DNA of 64,000 nt from Octopus bimaculoides (taxonomy: Eukaryota): positions 16,784,513-16,848,512 of the forward strand of contig NC_068988.1 in assembly GCF_001194135.2 (NCBI RefSeq). Reading direction: 5' to 3'. Made by a program: the position numbers and the translations under genes. Shown piece after piece: positions 36,393-48,807 of this stretch (position 1 is the stretch's first letter; each line of letters opens with the position of its first letter). The notes beneath the pieces are model-generated. The model did not search any database, was not told the DNA's origin, and worked only from the letters and a program-made list of their open reading frames with translations.

Positions 36393-36403
36393 TTCCCCCC
36401 CCC

Positions 36404-36453
<50 letters not shown>

Positions 36454-37041
36454 AGAGAGAGAGAGAGAGAGAGAGATAGATAGATAGATAGATATATGAA
36501 CGTATATTTACACGTTAGCATATGAAAAGACTATGCTGCAAAATATGTATGTCATCTAGCCAAATCTATACACCCATTTCAATTCAATAATGACTGGTGC
36601 CATAGCCATGTATCTTATGTTGTTCAATAATTTTGTATGTCTATGGTCTAGCACAGTTTCTGAAAGTAACATCATTTCACGGATCTTCCAAACACCGTGC
36701 TATTTCATACACCTGTAATATTATTGGAACTCTGAAATAATATACTTGTGTACAGCTCTTGTCAAAGTCTGTCAGTAAAACTGTATTGATAAGGTTTGAT
36801 ATTTTCGTTTCCATGGAGATACACTCCTTACGCCTACCTTTGTGTATCTGCTTTTTTTTTCTTCTTTGTCCGCATAACAAAGATCTTTTTCATACCCAAA
36901 TGCCTACATCAGCGGCAAGTAGTCAAGACGAAGGAAATGGATTCTGAGCTTGACCACTATCTTCTGACTATCTACCCCTCGCTTAATTTAACATTCTTCA
37001 CCAGACTCTTTATTTAATTATCTATTTATTTCTATCTATCA

Positions 37042-37092
<51 letters not shown>

Positions 37093-38769
37093 TCGAAACG
37101 CTTAGTTTTGGAATGGTGGCAGCTGATGAAGGAAATGTTCTCTATGTGGCCTGTGTACTTTCTGTACTCTGTTTATGTTCTGTTTTTCATTTTGTGCACG
37201 TTTTTTTGTAACGTCCTGTACTCAGATATGCATCTATATATACATGTAGATATAAGGTATGTACATACATGTACGTATATATGTATATACTCACATATTA
37301 TTTNNNNNNNNNNNNNNNNNNNNNNNNNNNNNNNNNNNNNNNNNNNNNNNNNNNNNNNNNNNNNNNNNNNNNNNNNNNNNATATATAAGCAAGAAGCTAA
37401 GAATGAAAAATGCATAGGGACTAGTTGAATTAGTAACTAAAGCATTGAACAGTAAAAAAAAAGGGGCTTTTTGTACCGACATGTAATTTATGTACGTTCA
37501 GAATTAAAAATATGTTTACGCATCGCCAGGTAGTGGTGGTCGAGGTGTTATTTCTCCTACCAACGAACATTATAATCATATACACCAGGAGGTATAATTT
37601 TAGCAGTAAGGTGTTTTGACACGCTAAGCAAGACAATAAATCAAATTCTCAAGAACAACCGATATAACACATGCAAAAATATAGACTAGACAACGCTCTA
37701 CAAGATATTGACTAGTACGTTAGTATGATGGTTAGAGCGTTGTTCATCATAGACCTGTTTCATTAGACCTTCGGGTTAAGCTCAGCATCATCAATAACAC
37801 AAAAAAATTCTTTGTGCCTGAAATACTTTTAAAAATGTTTTCTTCATTAGCAACTATTCAGATCGATATTTTTCAAGCAATGCACCAACATCAATGCAAC
37901 CAATAGTGCTACTTGGCTATGTGAATCATGAAGAATATTCCACGTTCAGTTTACTTTAAATAGTTCTCTATCAAAATCAAGGGATTGACAGGACCTTTAG
38001 AACTCCAGACGAAAAGCTATGCGGTATTTAGTACTATGCATTTACGGTATTTAAGTAGATTCCGTCGTCTGTACGCCTCTCGCAAAATGCGTGGCCTTGT
38101 GTACGGCAAAAGATCGATATTGCGATAAAAAGAGATACTTTCAATATAATTAATAATCATTAAAATATTCATCATGCACCATTTTCGTTTTTAATTATTT
38201 CATTTATTTATATTATGGTAATTAATTAGCGGTTTATTATAGCTGGCTAAAAAGTCAGAAGTAATGTTAATCTAGACAAATAATTTCCGATCACGGAATT
38301 TTATTAATCAGGAGTTGTGGTGTGAATGATATATAGGATGAATTTTAAAGTAATTGACATTGAATTCGTGCTGCCGATGCAAGTACTTTCTCGGTTCTCG
38401 GACATCATTTTGTTTTTACGAAATATAAGTTAGAACGATTGAAAAACATATGATAAATGGGTTAAAAAATAATACAAAGGAAATGAGAGAACAAAACGAA
38501 AATAGAGGAATTTGATAATGAATACGGTGGTGATTAACAGGATGTTATGACGGAAACGAAGATGACCACAAAATCAATGAAAACTATGATGATGGTCATG
38601 ATAATATCCTTCACAAAGAAAATGATCAATATTGACAATAGTGCGGCCGCATGAGTGGTTGAAGAGAAGCAAGATGGAAAAAAAAAAAGAAGTAAATTAC
38701 AGAAAGTGGAGGAAGTTAAAGGTTTCTAACGCCAAGCAGTCTATTCTCTGAAAATGCATATGGAAAATA

Positions 38770-39168
38770 GTTTTCAAATTATGGCACTAGGCCAGTGATT
38801 TCGGGCGTCGGGATAAGTCGATTACATTAACCCCTGTGCTCAAATGGTACTTATTTTATCACTTCGAAACAATGAATTCGATCGCGCTGCTGAGCATTTT
38901 GCTTAGCAATCTAACGATTTTGCCTGCTCACCGCCTTATGCACAAGGATTATTTATTTCTAATTTTGGCAAAAGGGGCAGAAAGTTAGGAAGAGGGTGTC
39001 AGTCGATTACATAGATCCAAGTGTTCAACTGATACTTATTTTATCGACCTCGAAAGAATGAAAGGAGAATCCGACCTCGGCGGACTTTGAACTAAGAACA
39101 TGACGAGAGACGAAATGTCGCCAAATTTTTAACCCGGTGTGCTAACGATTCCGCCAGCTCGCCGCCTT
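38770..39168 (-). mobile_element. Two tandem SINE-B copies (about 38770-38938 and 38955-39168)
   Basis: AAGTCGATTACAT, CGACCTCGGCGGACTTTGAACT, GCTAACGATTCCGCCAGCTCGCCGCC. Confidence 0.85.
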
Positions 39169-40524
39169 ATGTCCGTGTAATATTAGAAATAAGTCAATAT
39201 AGAAAATAATATTTCATCTTATAGAATATACGTACAGTTTTAGCGACACAAAAGCGAATTTTCTCGCTTGCAATAGTACAGTAGAATGTTATCTAAAATG
39301 CTAAACTGTATGAACAGTAAAACATTACAGGATATTCCATTCTATATAATAATTTGCTTGTTCGTTCATCCGTTATACGTTTAGTTAGTTAAAAAGGTGG
39401 AGTTGGAGTGAGTGAGAAGTGGAGCAAAAGTGTGTGTGTGTGTAAGAGGGAGAGGGAGAAATGTGAGTAGAGAAGAAGTGAGGAAAGAAGTAGAGAAATA
39501 TGTATAACAAGGTGACGTGCACGTGTGTATATGGAGCAAGAGAAAAAGATGCTAATGGAAAAGAGTGAGAGAGAAAAGAAGGGAGAGAGAAGTGTTAAAG
39601 ACGTGCTGTAGTGTGGTGATGGAAAGGTAAAGGGTACAATATTTAGCAGAGGATGATGTTCTGGATGGTGAGGTTAAAGAGAGGCAGAGAAAGAGAGATG
39701 GATAGGGGAGTTAGTTACATTGAGAGAGAGACATAGGGAGAGAGGGGGATAGCGTTTGTATTGTCAGACGAGATACATCGACAGCAAGAAAAAGTAGATA
39801 TAAACGAACAGCTGGACTAAAAACTATAATGATGAAGATGATGATGGTGGTGGTGGTGGTGGTGGTGGTGCTTTTAGTAATGATTTTTCTTTTATATTGA
39901 ACCGTATCTACAATATTCTTCTGCTTGTTCTTTCACACTTTACGTTTTAGTTTGTTAGAGAGGAGGGTGAGGGTGAGTGAGAGAAAGATGTTGGAATGTG
40001 AGAGTGAGTTAGCGAGCAGATAGCCAGCTTTTGAATTATGCTGTCACTCATGTGGTTGGTGGAAGTGAGAGGTAAAGAAAGAGAAATATAAACTGGTTAG
40101 CGGAGGGAAATTTGAAAATGAATTAATACGTTATAGTGACCGGAGGTGAAATGCTTTATGGAAATAAAAATAAAAATGCAAACCATCCTTTCTTTCTTAA
40201 ATAGATTCTTTTAATCATTTTCGTTTTGTTGAATTTCCACGTGTCTCGCTAATTAAATTTAATCCTTATAGTGCGGAAATCATATATAAGAGCTCAAAAT
40301 TTCATTACATCTAACTATGAAAAACAGTTTTTATATATAGCAATTTATGCTTTGCTGAAGAATGTCATATTTGAAACTATTTTTTTTTTTTAGATATATC
40401 AGATGTTTGAAGATATGTAACATCGTTACAGAAATATTCATGCAATACAGTTTTACAGCCTAAGTTTTACACGTCTTTTTTTTTTTTACATTATAATTAC
40501 TGTTTCAATATTTCTATGTAGATA

Positions 40525-40915
40525 AAATCCACCGAGGTCGAATATGCCTATCATCTTTCGGAGTCGATTAAATATGTACCAGTTACCCACTGGATTTGAT
40601 GTAATCGACTTCATCCCCTTGTCTGTCCTTGTTTGTCCCCTACTATGTTTGGCCCCATGTGGGCAATAAAGAAATAAATACTTCTATTTAAATTCCCATG
40701 TTATCAATGTAATGAGCTACATAATTGTCAGTTCCTCGAAATATATAATTTGTTTAATTTGTTGCAGATCTTTCGGTTAGTGTTCAAATCTCACCGAGGT
40801 TAGCTTTGCTTTATATGCTTCCGTGGTCGAAAAAAATTAAAATGCCAATTAACTACTGTGACGATGTTATCGACTGTCCTCTCCAATTTGGTGTCCTTGT
40901 ACCTACAATTAGAAG
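40525..40915 (+). mobile_element. Two SINE-B-related copies; the first has a variant tail (TGTCTGTCCTTGTTTGTCCCC..GGGCAATAAAGAAATAA)
   Basis: ACCGAGGTCGA, TACCAGTTAC, GATGTAATCGACT motifs. Confidence 0.75.
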
Positions 40916-41128
40916 CCATTCGGATTTCGGTCTATAACATGAACATTATCATAAAGGGAAATTAGTTGTGAGAGATAATTCCTTCTTTAGTTCTTTGTTA
41001 GCTTGAACTATTTTTATCATGGATGTATTTTTCATTTTCTTATTTTTTTATTTCTAATTTTCTCATTCATTTTGATCTATATTAATTTCTGGTATGGACA
41101 CTAAACAGTAGCGCTGGAAGTGGTCACA

Positions 41129-41180
41129 TGCTAACATGGAAGAGGTCTCATGCTAATATGGAAGAGGTCTCACGACAGGA
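41129..41180 (+). repeat. About 21-bp tandem repeat (TGGAAGAGGTCTCATGCTAA(C/T)A) x2.5
   Basis: Directly visible. Confidence 0.8.
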
Positions 41181-41749
41181 AAACTACAAATGTCACAAAA
41201 CAAATTATCAGTATTAGTAGCAGTAGTGATAATGATAGCAACAACAATGACGACGACAAAAGCAAACAATAATAATAATAATGAAATAACAATGAAGAAA
41301 GAAAAGAGCATATTGATCATTCCATAATATTTGCATTCAAAAAGTTCCTAACAAAAAAAAAAATCATTACAGTAATCAATATACAAAGTTGCCCCTAATG
41401 TGCTGTAGAAGAGATGACCTCCCCAACTATAAAACTGGAATTATTATAGCAGTCATAAAATCATGAAAACCTACACATGTTTGCAAACATACCAGAGTAA
41501 TAATTTACAGTCGCATGTACATACATACAATTATACATACATACTTACACACCCACCCACCCACACAACACACAGACATATATGTGTGTGTATATATACA
41601 TATATATATCTATATATATATATATATACACACGCACACATTCACACACACACACACATGACATTCCGCAACAAATTGGTATATAAAGGAAACGCACATT
41701 ATTTGAAACTGATCTATCTATCTATATGTATATAGATATGCTTATGCAA

Positions 41750-41788
<39 letters not shown>

Positions 41789-41838
41789 GGTATCTACGTA
41801 TATGTATGGATATACGCATATCTTTATATATTAGGTAT

Positions 41839-41897
<59 letters not shown>

Positions 41898-42044
41898 TAC
41901 ACGTATATATATGCATATATATATATATATATATTTGTGTGTGTGTTTCTGTGTGAGTAAGAGTTTGAGAAACCAGCTATGGGATAGTATCTATCCAATA
42001 TATTGCTAGTAGTGTACCCAATTATTCATACCTAAGTGCTAGCT

Positions 42045-42156
42045 ATTGAGCAAATGAGCAAATGAGAAGATTGTCACTAAAACTGAATGGGTATGCGAGT
42101 GCTAGCTCGGTTTTAGTGATAATCTGCTCATTTACCCATTTGCTCATTTGCTCAAT
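42045..42156. repeat. Imperfect hairpin/mini-MITE with internal 8-bp GAGCAAAT units
   Basis: Arm 42045-42086 pairs with 42107-42156 given one 8-bp indel and a few mismatches; 20-nt loop. Confidence 0.8.
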
Positions 42157-42395
42157 TACTGACTTGTTTCTATATGATTATACGCTTCCACACCCTTGTT
42201 TATGAAATTATCAACTTTTCTACTTAATAATCTGATTCATTCAATACATTTGAATAAATAGACGGCTGCCGTCCTCTCCGTGAACAGGGATTAATCTTCT
42301 CTCTCCGCTGTTTTGCGCACATTGACTCAACTCTCCTCTCCTCTTCATCTAACCCTCCTCCCCTCTCTTCTCTTCCTCTCACACACATTTGTGTA

Positions 42396-43305
42396 TCTGT
42401 ATGTGATGCCATAGTATGTGTAGGTGTCTATATATATGATTATTCTTTGATGGGTGACGTATTCTAATGTACTCTCTTGCTCCGACTCCTACGTCTTCTC
42501 TTCTCTCTTCTATTCACTCGTACCCAGCTTACCCCTTCCCCTCTCTCTTCACCGTCACCCCTCCCTCGTAACACCACCCCTACACAATCCAACCCCACCT
42601 TCCCTATCCACACCATCCACCCCACTCCACCCCAAATTTACACACACTAACACATGCCTCCATCCCTACACACCCTCAGCCTAACCCACACCCAACCTTT
42701 GCCTTTCCCACTCTCACTCCCTCACATCCCAACACAACCACACACCACTGCACCACAAACTACCAAACCACACAACAGCACGTCACATCACACCACCACG
42801 CACACATGAAGGGCACCAGCCCTCTTCCACACGCACGTTCACCTTCGTTTTGGGATCACCACTACTTTATTATCGCCCCTCCTTCCTGGCTATCCTGNNN
42901 NNNNNNNNNNNNNNNNNNNNNNNNNNNNNNNNNNNNNNNNNNNNNNNNNNNNNNNNNNNNNNNNNNNNNNNNNNNNNNNNNNNNNNNNNNNNNNNNNNNN
43001 NNNNNNNNNNNNNNNNNNNNNNNNNATATATATATATATATAGTATTGAGTGTTTGGAAGTTTCGGTCAGCTAACACATTATCACTGGACGACTCTTCGA
43101 AGTCTATCAAATTTATGAAGTAATCCTTCAGTTTAATGCAAAATTATTTCCTATTATGCCGTAAAACCAACCAAACACACACACCCACACACATATTTTA
43201 TATACATTTTTGACTGCGCATATGTATATCTGTATGTGATGCGCGTAGCATATGTAGGTGTCTATATATGATAATTCTTTGATGGATGACGTATTCTGAT
43301 GTACC
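42396..43305 (+). repeat. Two about 80-bp dispersed direct repeats (about 42396-42470 and 43225-43305)
   Basis: CTGTATGTGATGC..ATGT(G)TAGGTGTCTATATATGAT(T/A)ATTCTTTGATGG(G/A)TGACGTATTCT(A/G)ATGTAC occurs in both. Confidence 0.8.
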
Positions 43306-43733
43306 ATTCTTCATTTATCACATTTTACCCTTTGAGCACCGCTATTGATTTGTCTTTGAATTTTGTAAGTACGAAGTCTTCAAATTGGTTTCTCGTATTG
43401 TATTTGTGTTTCGTATCGGAAACTAATTTAATTTACGTCTCTGGAACGTTTTGCCTCGAAGAATTATTAGTTTTTTTTTTTAAATACATATATAACTTTT
43501 ATTGTCATTTCTTATAATGTAGATAATATAAATTATTTTTAAAGCAAATAATATAATGCAGCTTTGGTCTAACATGTAGACTTTCATTAGCACATTTTCT
43601 ATATTTCTTCTTTACATAATTTGAACAAATTTTCTGCACATTGATTATTTGGTTCCGGGGTATATCACTATTTCTTTCTACAAAGATATTTTGAAATTTT
43701 ATGTATACATGCATAAATAAATGCACACAGCAT

Positions 43734-43967
43734 AAAGAAGATATCTCTACACCACTGATAAGGAGTTTGCAAACCCTGTACCCAAGATACACTTTGAGCT
43801 TCATACATACTTTTAGAGCAACAGGATACATACCAAGCCGTCTGGAAAAGATCACTGCTGAACTTTAGATTTTGGGGAAAATATGCAAATCCTTCATTCT
43901 TATACTACAAATGATCATAATATCCGGGACTAATAAACATCAGCAAGAACTTCTTGAGATTTAAATG
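43734..43967 (+). pseudogene. Probable 3' end of an RLE-type non-LTR retrotransposon ORF
   Basis: KEDISTPLIRSLQTLYPRYTLSFIHTFRATGYIPSRLEKITAEL, then with frameshifts CKSFILILQMIIISGT and ISKNFLRFK*. This resembles the recalled KxxKYxxL..(F/I)IPIxxGAxGxxP..L..LG....LQ...GTxKI RLE C-terminus. Confidence 0.45.
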
Positions 43968-44109
43968 ATGATGATTAAAAGAAGATACTTGCCTTCACAA
44001 CATTGCTACCGAGACGATGACCGGTTAAACTTTACACTTAAATTGAAAAGAGAAATAGAAGAACATACATATGTACATACATATAAAATATTAAAGAAAA
44101 TGCAAACGG

Positions 44110-44150
44110 CTATGCTGAACAGCTATGCTGAACAGCTATGCTAAACAGTT
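44110..44150 (+). repeat. 13-bp tandem repeat CTATGCTGAACAG x3
   Basis: Directly visible. Confidence 0.85.
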
Positions 44151-44418
44151 GAGAAGCCGCAGTTAATCCAGTCGGAGTGTAATTTTAGATTTTGACAAAT
44201 AATATTTTATATATTTGGCTCTGTGACTAATTAACTCAAATATGGGCCTGAGTATCTGAGGTGAAAAACCTAATCAAGAGCCTGCATCTGTAAATGGAGT
44301 GTAAACTAAGCAAAATATACTTTGCATATGATAAGATTCATATATACATTCATGTCTTTGCTTATGTATACATGCATATGAACATACTAACAAATCTGAA
44401 TGCATCCATATAAACTGC

Positions 44419-44460
<42 letters not shown>

Positions 44461-44584
44461 CAAAAATACCCGTCGTGATGCTGTTTAACTTCTATAGTGT
44501 CTTATTTGTACGTTAGAAACCAGCTTTTTTGTATCGAGAAGAAATTGGAAAAAACAATCACAAACAACTTAAGATTTGTACATG

Positions 44585-44633
<49 letters not shown>

Positions 44634-44719
44634 GTCTGTTTGTCTTTCTGCCTGCCTCCCTGCTTGTCTGTCTGTCTGTCTCTCGGCCTGGCTCGCTACA
44701 TGCATGTCCACATATATAA

Positions 44720-44755
<36 letters not shown>

Positions 44756-45819
44756 TTGTGTGTGTGATTGTGTGTCTGTGTGTGCGTATATGTGCGCGCG
44801 CGCGTATGTATATGTACATGCTGTATGTATTTGTGTGTCTGTATATGTGTGAAGTTGTAGGAATCAAAACGTTAGCAGAGTCTGTTTTCCAAGATATTCA
44901 TTTATCCTATCATAGGTAAGTTTCATTAAACTAAGGAAATTAATCATTATTATTAACCAATAGCAACCTAATTTTACAGAAACTTATATAAGATGATTTA
45001 ACTAAATATTTTATGAATAATCTCTCATGTTTTCTTTCATATTCTATATATAGTCTATGCAGCACTCAAACACTGATTTCACAAGCAATGATACTATTAC
45101 GATGCGCGAACGTAACTTTCGTATGGATTTTTTAATATTGTTTATTTGTTACACAGTTTAGTAACTGAAGTTTTATCAATGTATAACATAACATAAATCT
45201 TTCATGTTTCACTAATTTCTACTTAGTGTAAATTTAGTATAAGTTTATATGATAAACAACCCTCGATTGAAATCAAAAGAAACGTTTAAGACGCATGCAC
45301 ACAAACACATATACATACACACTTGAAGAGACCCATGTAAAATTTACAATACCATCACAAGTCAGCAGTACTTGATAACTAATTCGTAGGCGTCTTATTA
45401 TTTCATTTAACTTTAGATGTTTGGAAGAGTTATGTGTATAACTATTGTCCTACTTAGCGTCCAGGAATCAGTTGAAGATCGTATTTACGTATGGTGAGAT
45501 GAACAGAAATTGATTCAAAGCAAAATTGCTTAAAATATATAGTCAAAAGCAATTAAATGTGAAATAATTACATTGATTAACCAGGTAATGTTCAATTAAG
45601 CCAGGGAATGTAACCAGTGCCGTAACATAATTGTGATGATTACTCTTTCTTCTAATTGAATATCATAAGAAGTTTATAACTTAGTTCTATTTGATATTTC
45701 TACTTACTGTGTCTTTGAAGAACAAAAGAGGATCTAAAGATATTTCGGGAAGCTAAATTAAACAGTTTGTTAATCTTTCAATTCGGTACTCATATAGAAT
45801 ACGTTGATGACTTGGGTAT

Positions 45820-46004
45820 GCGTGTGGCGGGGGGCCAGTCGATTAGATAGACTCCAGTACACAACTGGTAATTAATTTATCTACCCAGAAAGGATATGAA
45901 AGGCGAAGTCGAGCTCGGCGGAATTTGAACTCAGAACGTAAAGACAGACGAAATACTGCTTGGCATTTCGCCCGGCGTGCTGACGTTTCTGCCATTTCGC
46001 CGCC
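45820..46004 (-). mobile_element. SINE-B, well-preserved copy
   Basis: GGAATTTGAACTCAGAACGTAAAGACAGACGAAATAC..GCCCGGCGTGCTGACGTTTCTGCC. Confidence 0.9.
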
Positions 46005-46545
46005 TTTTTCCCTTCATATCTCAACATACACATCAACAGCAGACACATACATGCATAAAAATACACAGACAGATATTACTTGTGCACGAGTTTTATGCTT
46101 GAACCTACCACTGCGGCTTCTTGGCTAAAAATGTTCTACTAAGGCAGAGACCAACTGATTTTCACCAAATGAATTTTTGCCAAATCTCTTCAAAAATTGA
46201 TTTCCCAGGTAGTTTGGTAAAAAAAATGTGGAAAACACTTCATCTTGAAATATTAATGAAACTTAAATGATATTTAAATGCCTTTTAAGCGGATTTCTAA
46301 GACGACTAAATCGTTTTGGCAATACATTTCTAAGTTTCCTTATGAATATTTTTGTTATTCACTCTCCGCAAGCTAAGGGACAGACACATGCAAAAACAGG
46401 CATATATTTATACAACCATAAACGCATAGGTAAATGACAAGACGTATTCATACACACGTGCATATATATATTATTGAATACGGAAATCTAAAAGATGGTT
46501 CACATCCACAAACAATCACGTAAATAACAATCTATTTACACAAAC

Positions 46546-46588
<43 letters not shown>

Positions 46589-47503
46589 NNNNNNNNNNNN
46601 NNNNNNNNNNNNNNNNNNNNNNNNNNNNNNNNNNNNNNNNNNNNNNNNNNNNNNNNNNNNNNNNNNNNNNNNNNNNNNNNNNNNNNNNNNNNNNNNNNNN
46701 NNNNNNNNNNNNNNNNNNNNNNNNNNNNNNNNNNNNNNNNNNNNNNNNNNNNNNNNNNNNNNNNNNNNNNNNNNNNNNNNNNNNNNNNNNNNNNNNNNNN
46801 NNNNNNNNNNNNNNNNNNNNNNNNNNNNNNNNNNNNNNNNNNNNNNNNNNNNNNNNNNNNNNNNNNNNNNNNNNNNNNNNNNNNNNNNNNNNNNNNNNNN
46901 NNNTATATATATATATATATATATGTATGTATATATCAGGCAAGTGACATTGAGAGCACTGGCGGATTACCTATATTTTTCCATAGTTTCATACCCAAAT
47001 TCTGCTTTTAGCATTTCTTTGATTAAGTGCAGCACGTACATTGAAATTCACAGAATTCTTAAAACATACCAGATAAATTCATAGAAATAAAAATCAAAAA
47101 TGTAAATTATAAAATAGACCAAAATTAATAAATGGAAATAAAAGATCACAAAAGTATAAAATGTATATTAACTAACCTCAAATTCGGTCTTTCCCGTAGC
47201 GCAAATATGTCTCGCCTTTCATCAAGATAGATTAACACTATAAGATATTAATGTTACCAAAATATAAAGGAAAAAGATTTCTTATCTCTGTCTGTAAGAG
47301 TTATTCTTCAAAGAACGCGTGGCTAACTTATTAGCCCAGAGGGATACCAACTTTGAGTGCCACATTATACAGTTATTACCCAGATGATATAAAATACTCT
47401 GTGTGTGTGTGTGTGTGAGTGTGTGTGTACATTTGTGTATGTACATTAGTATATATGTATGTATTTGTATGTTTGTACATGTATGTATATAGATTGAGAT
47501 ATA

Positions 47504-47898
47504 TACTCTTTTACTTGTTTCAATCATTTGACTGCGGCCATACTGAAGCACCGCCTTTAGTCGAGCAAATCGACCCCAGGACTTATTCTTTCTAAGCCCA
47601 GTACTTATTTTATCGGACTCTTTTACCGAACCGCTAGGTTACGGGGACGTAAACATACCACCATCGGTCGTCAAGCGATGTTGGGGGGACAAACACAGAC
47701 ACACAAACATACATATATATATATATATACATATATACGACAGCCTTCTTTCAGTTTCTGTCTACCAAATCCACTCACAAGGCTTTGGTCGGCCCGAGGC
47801 TATAGTGGAAGACACTTGCCCAAGGTGCCACGCAGTGTGAATGAACCCGGAACCATGTGGTTGGTAAGCAAGCTACTTACCACACAGCTACTCCTGCG

Positions 47899-47900
<2 letters not shown>
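47504..47900 (-). mobile_element. SINE-A, full length
   Basis: Reverse complement of 27954-28405, including the internal (TA)/(CA) tract. Confidence 0.9.
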
Positions 47901-47937
<37 letters not shown>

Positions 47938-48156
47938 ATAAATTAATAAATTATGCTGATGATAGTCCGACCTTTGTAAGATATATAATTTTTATCTTAC
48001 TAAAATTGACTTGAAACCATGGTACAGAATATAGATTGGTAAATGTTTTTATTTTTCGTTCCCTTTCGAAATTATCCCTAATTTTGTGGTATGTAGTCTT
48101 TTGCTGCTCTTTCTAGTGGGTTAGATGTCCTATTATAGACATCTCTGCATTTTAAA

Positions 48157-48198
<42 letters not shown>

Positions 48199-48644
48199 CT
48201 CTTCTCTTCCAGACATATATGTTAAATAAAAGATATCTCCTGCTATCTACCGATGGAGTCTAATTGGACAGGTCATATAGATAATCAATACAACCGGCAT
48301 TACAAGCAACAAGCAGTACCCGGCTAGCTTAGGAATTGTTCATCTCTATTTGCACCCAAAAATGTTTGCATCTAATAATCTGAAAATAGTTTTGTTCATG
48401 ACGTTATAAATTAATACGAAATTTTAGGAAATTTTTCTTGATAGTATCAGCGCCACAATACAGTGTGCAAGTTTACTAATTAATTTGTGCATGGTTATTA
48501 GGATGTATTGTGAATACATGCACACGTATGCCATCATAAACCTAATCGGACACACAAATGTACTTACAATTTAAGTTCGTTTCATATATAAGCGTCTATA
48601 CAATTGTACAGATGAACATAGATATCGACAGGAGACAAATAATT

Positions 48645-48684
<40 letters not shown>

Positions 48685-48687
48685 GAT

Positions 48688-48728
<41 letters not shown>

Positions 48729-48771
48729 CATACATATATATATATATTTATGCATACTTACGTATACATAT

Positions 48772-48807
<36 letters not shown>

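Noticed and set aside
43820-43850. Minus-strand 8-nt microexon (TTCCAG-ACGGCTTG-GTATGT)
   Set aside because: It lies inside the probable RLE retrotransposon remnant; likely chance splice-like motifs.
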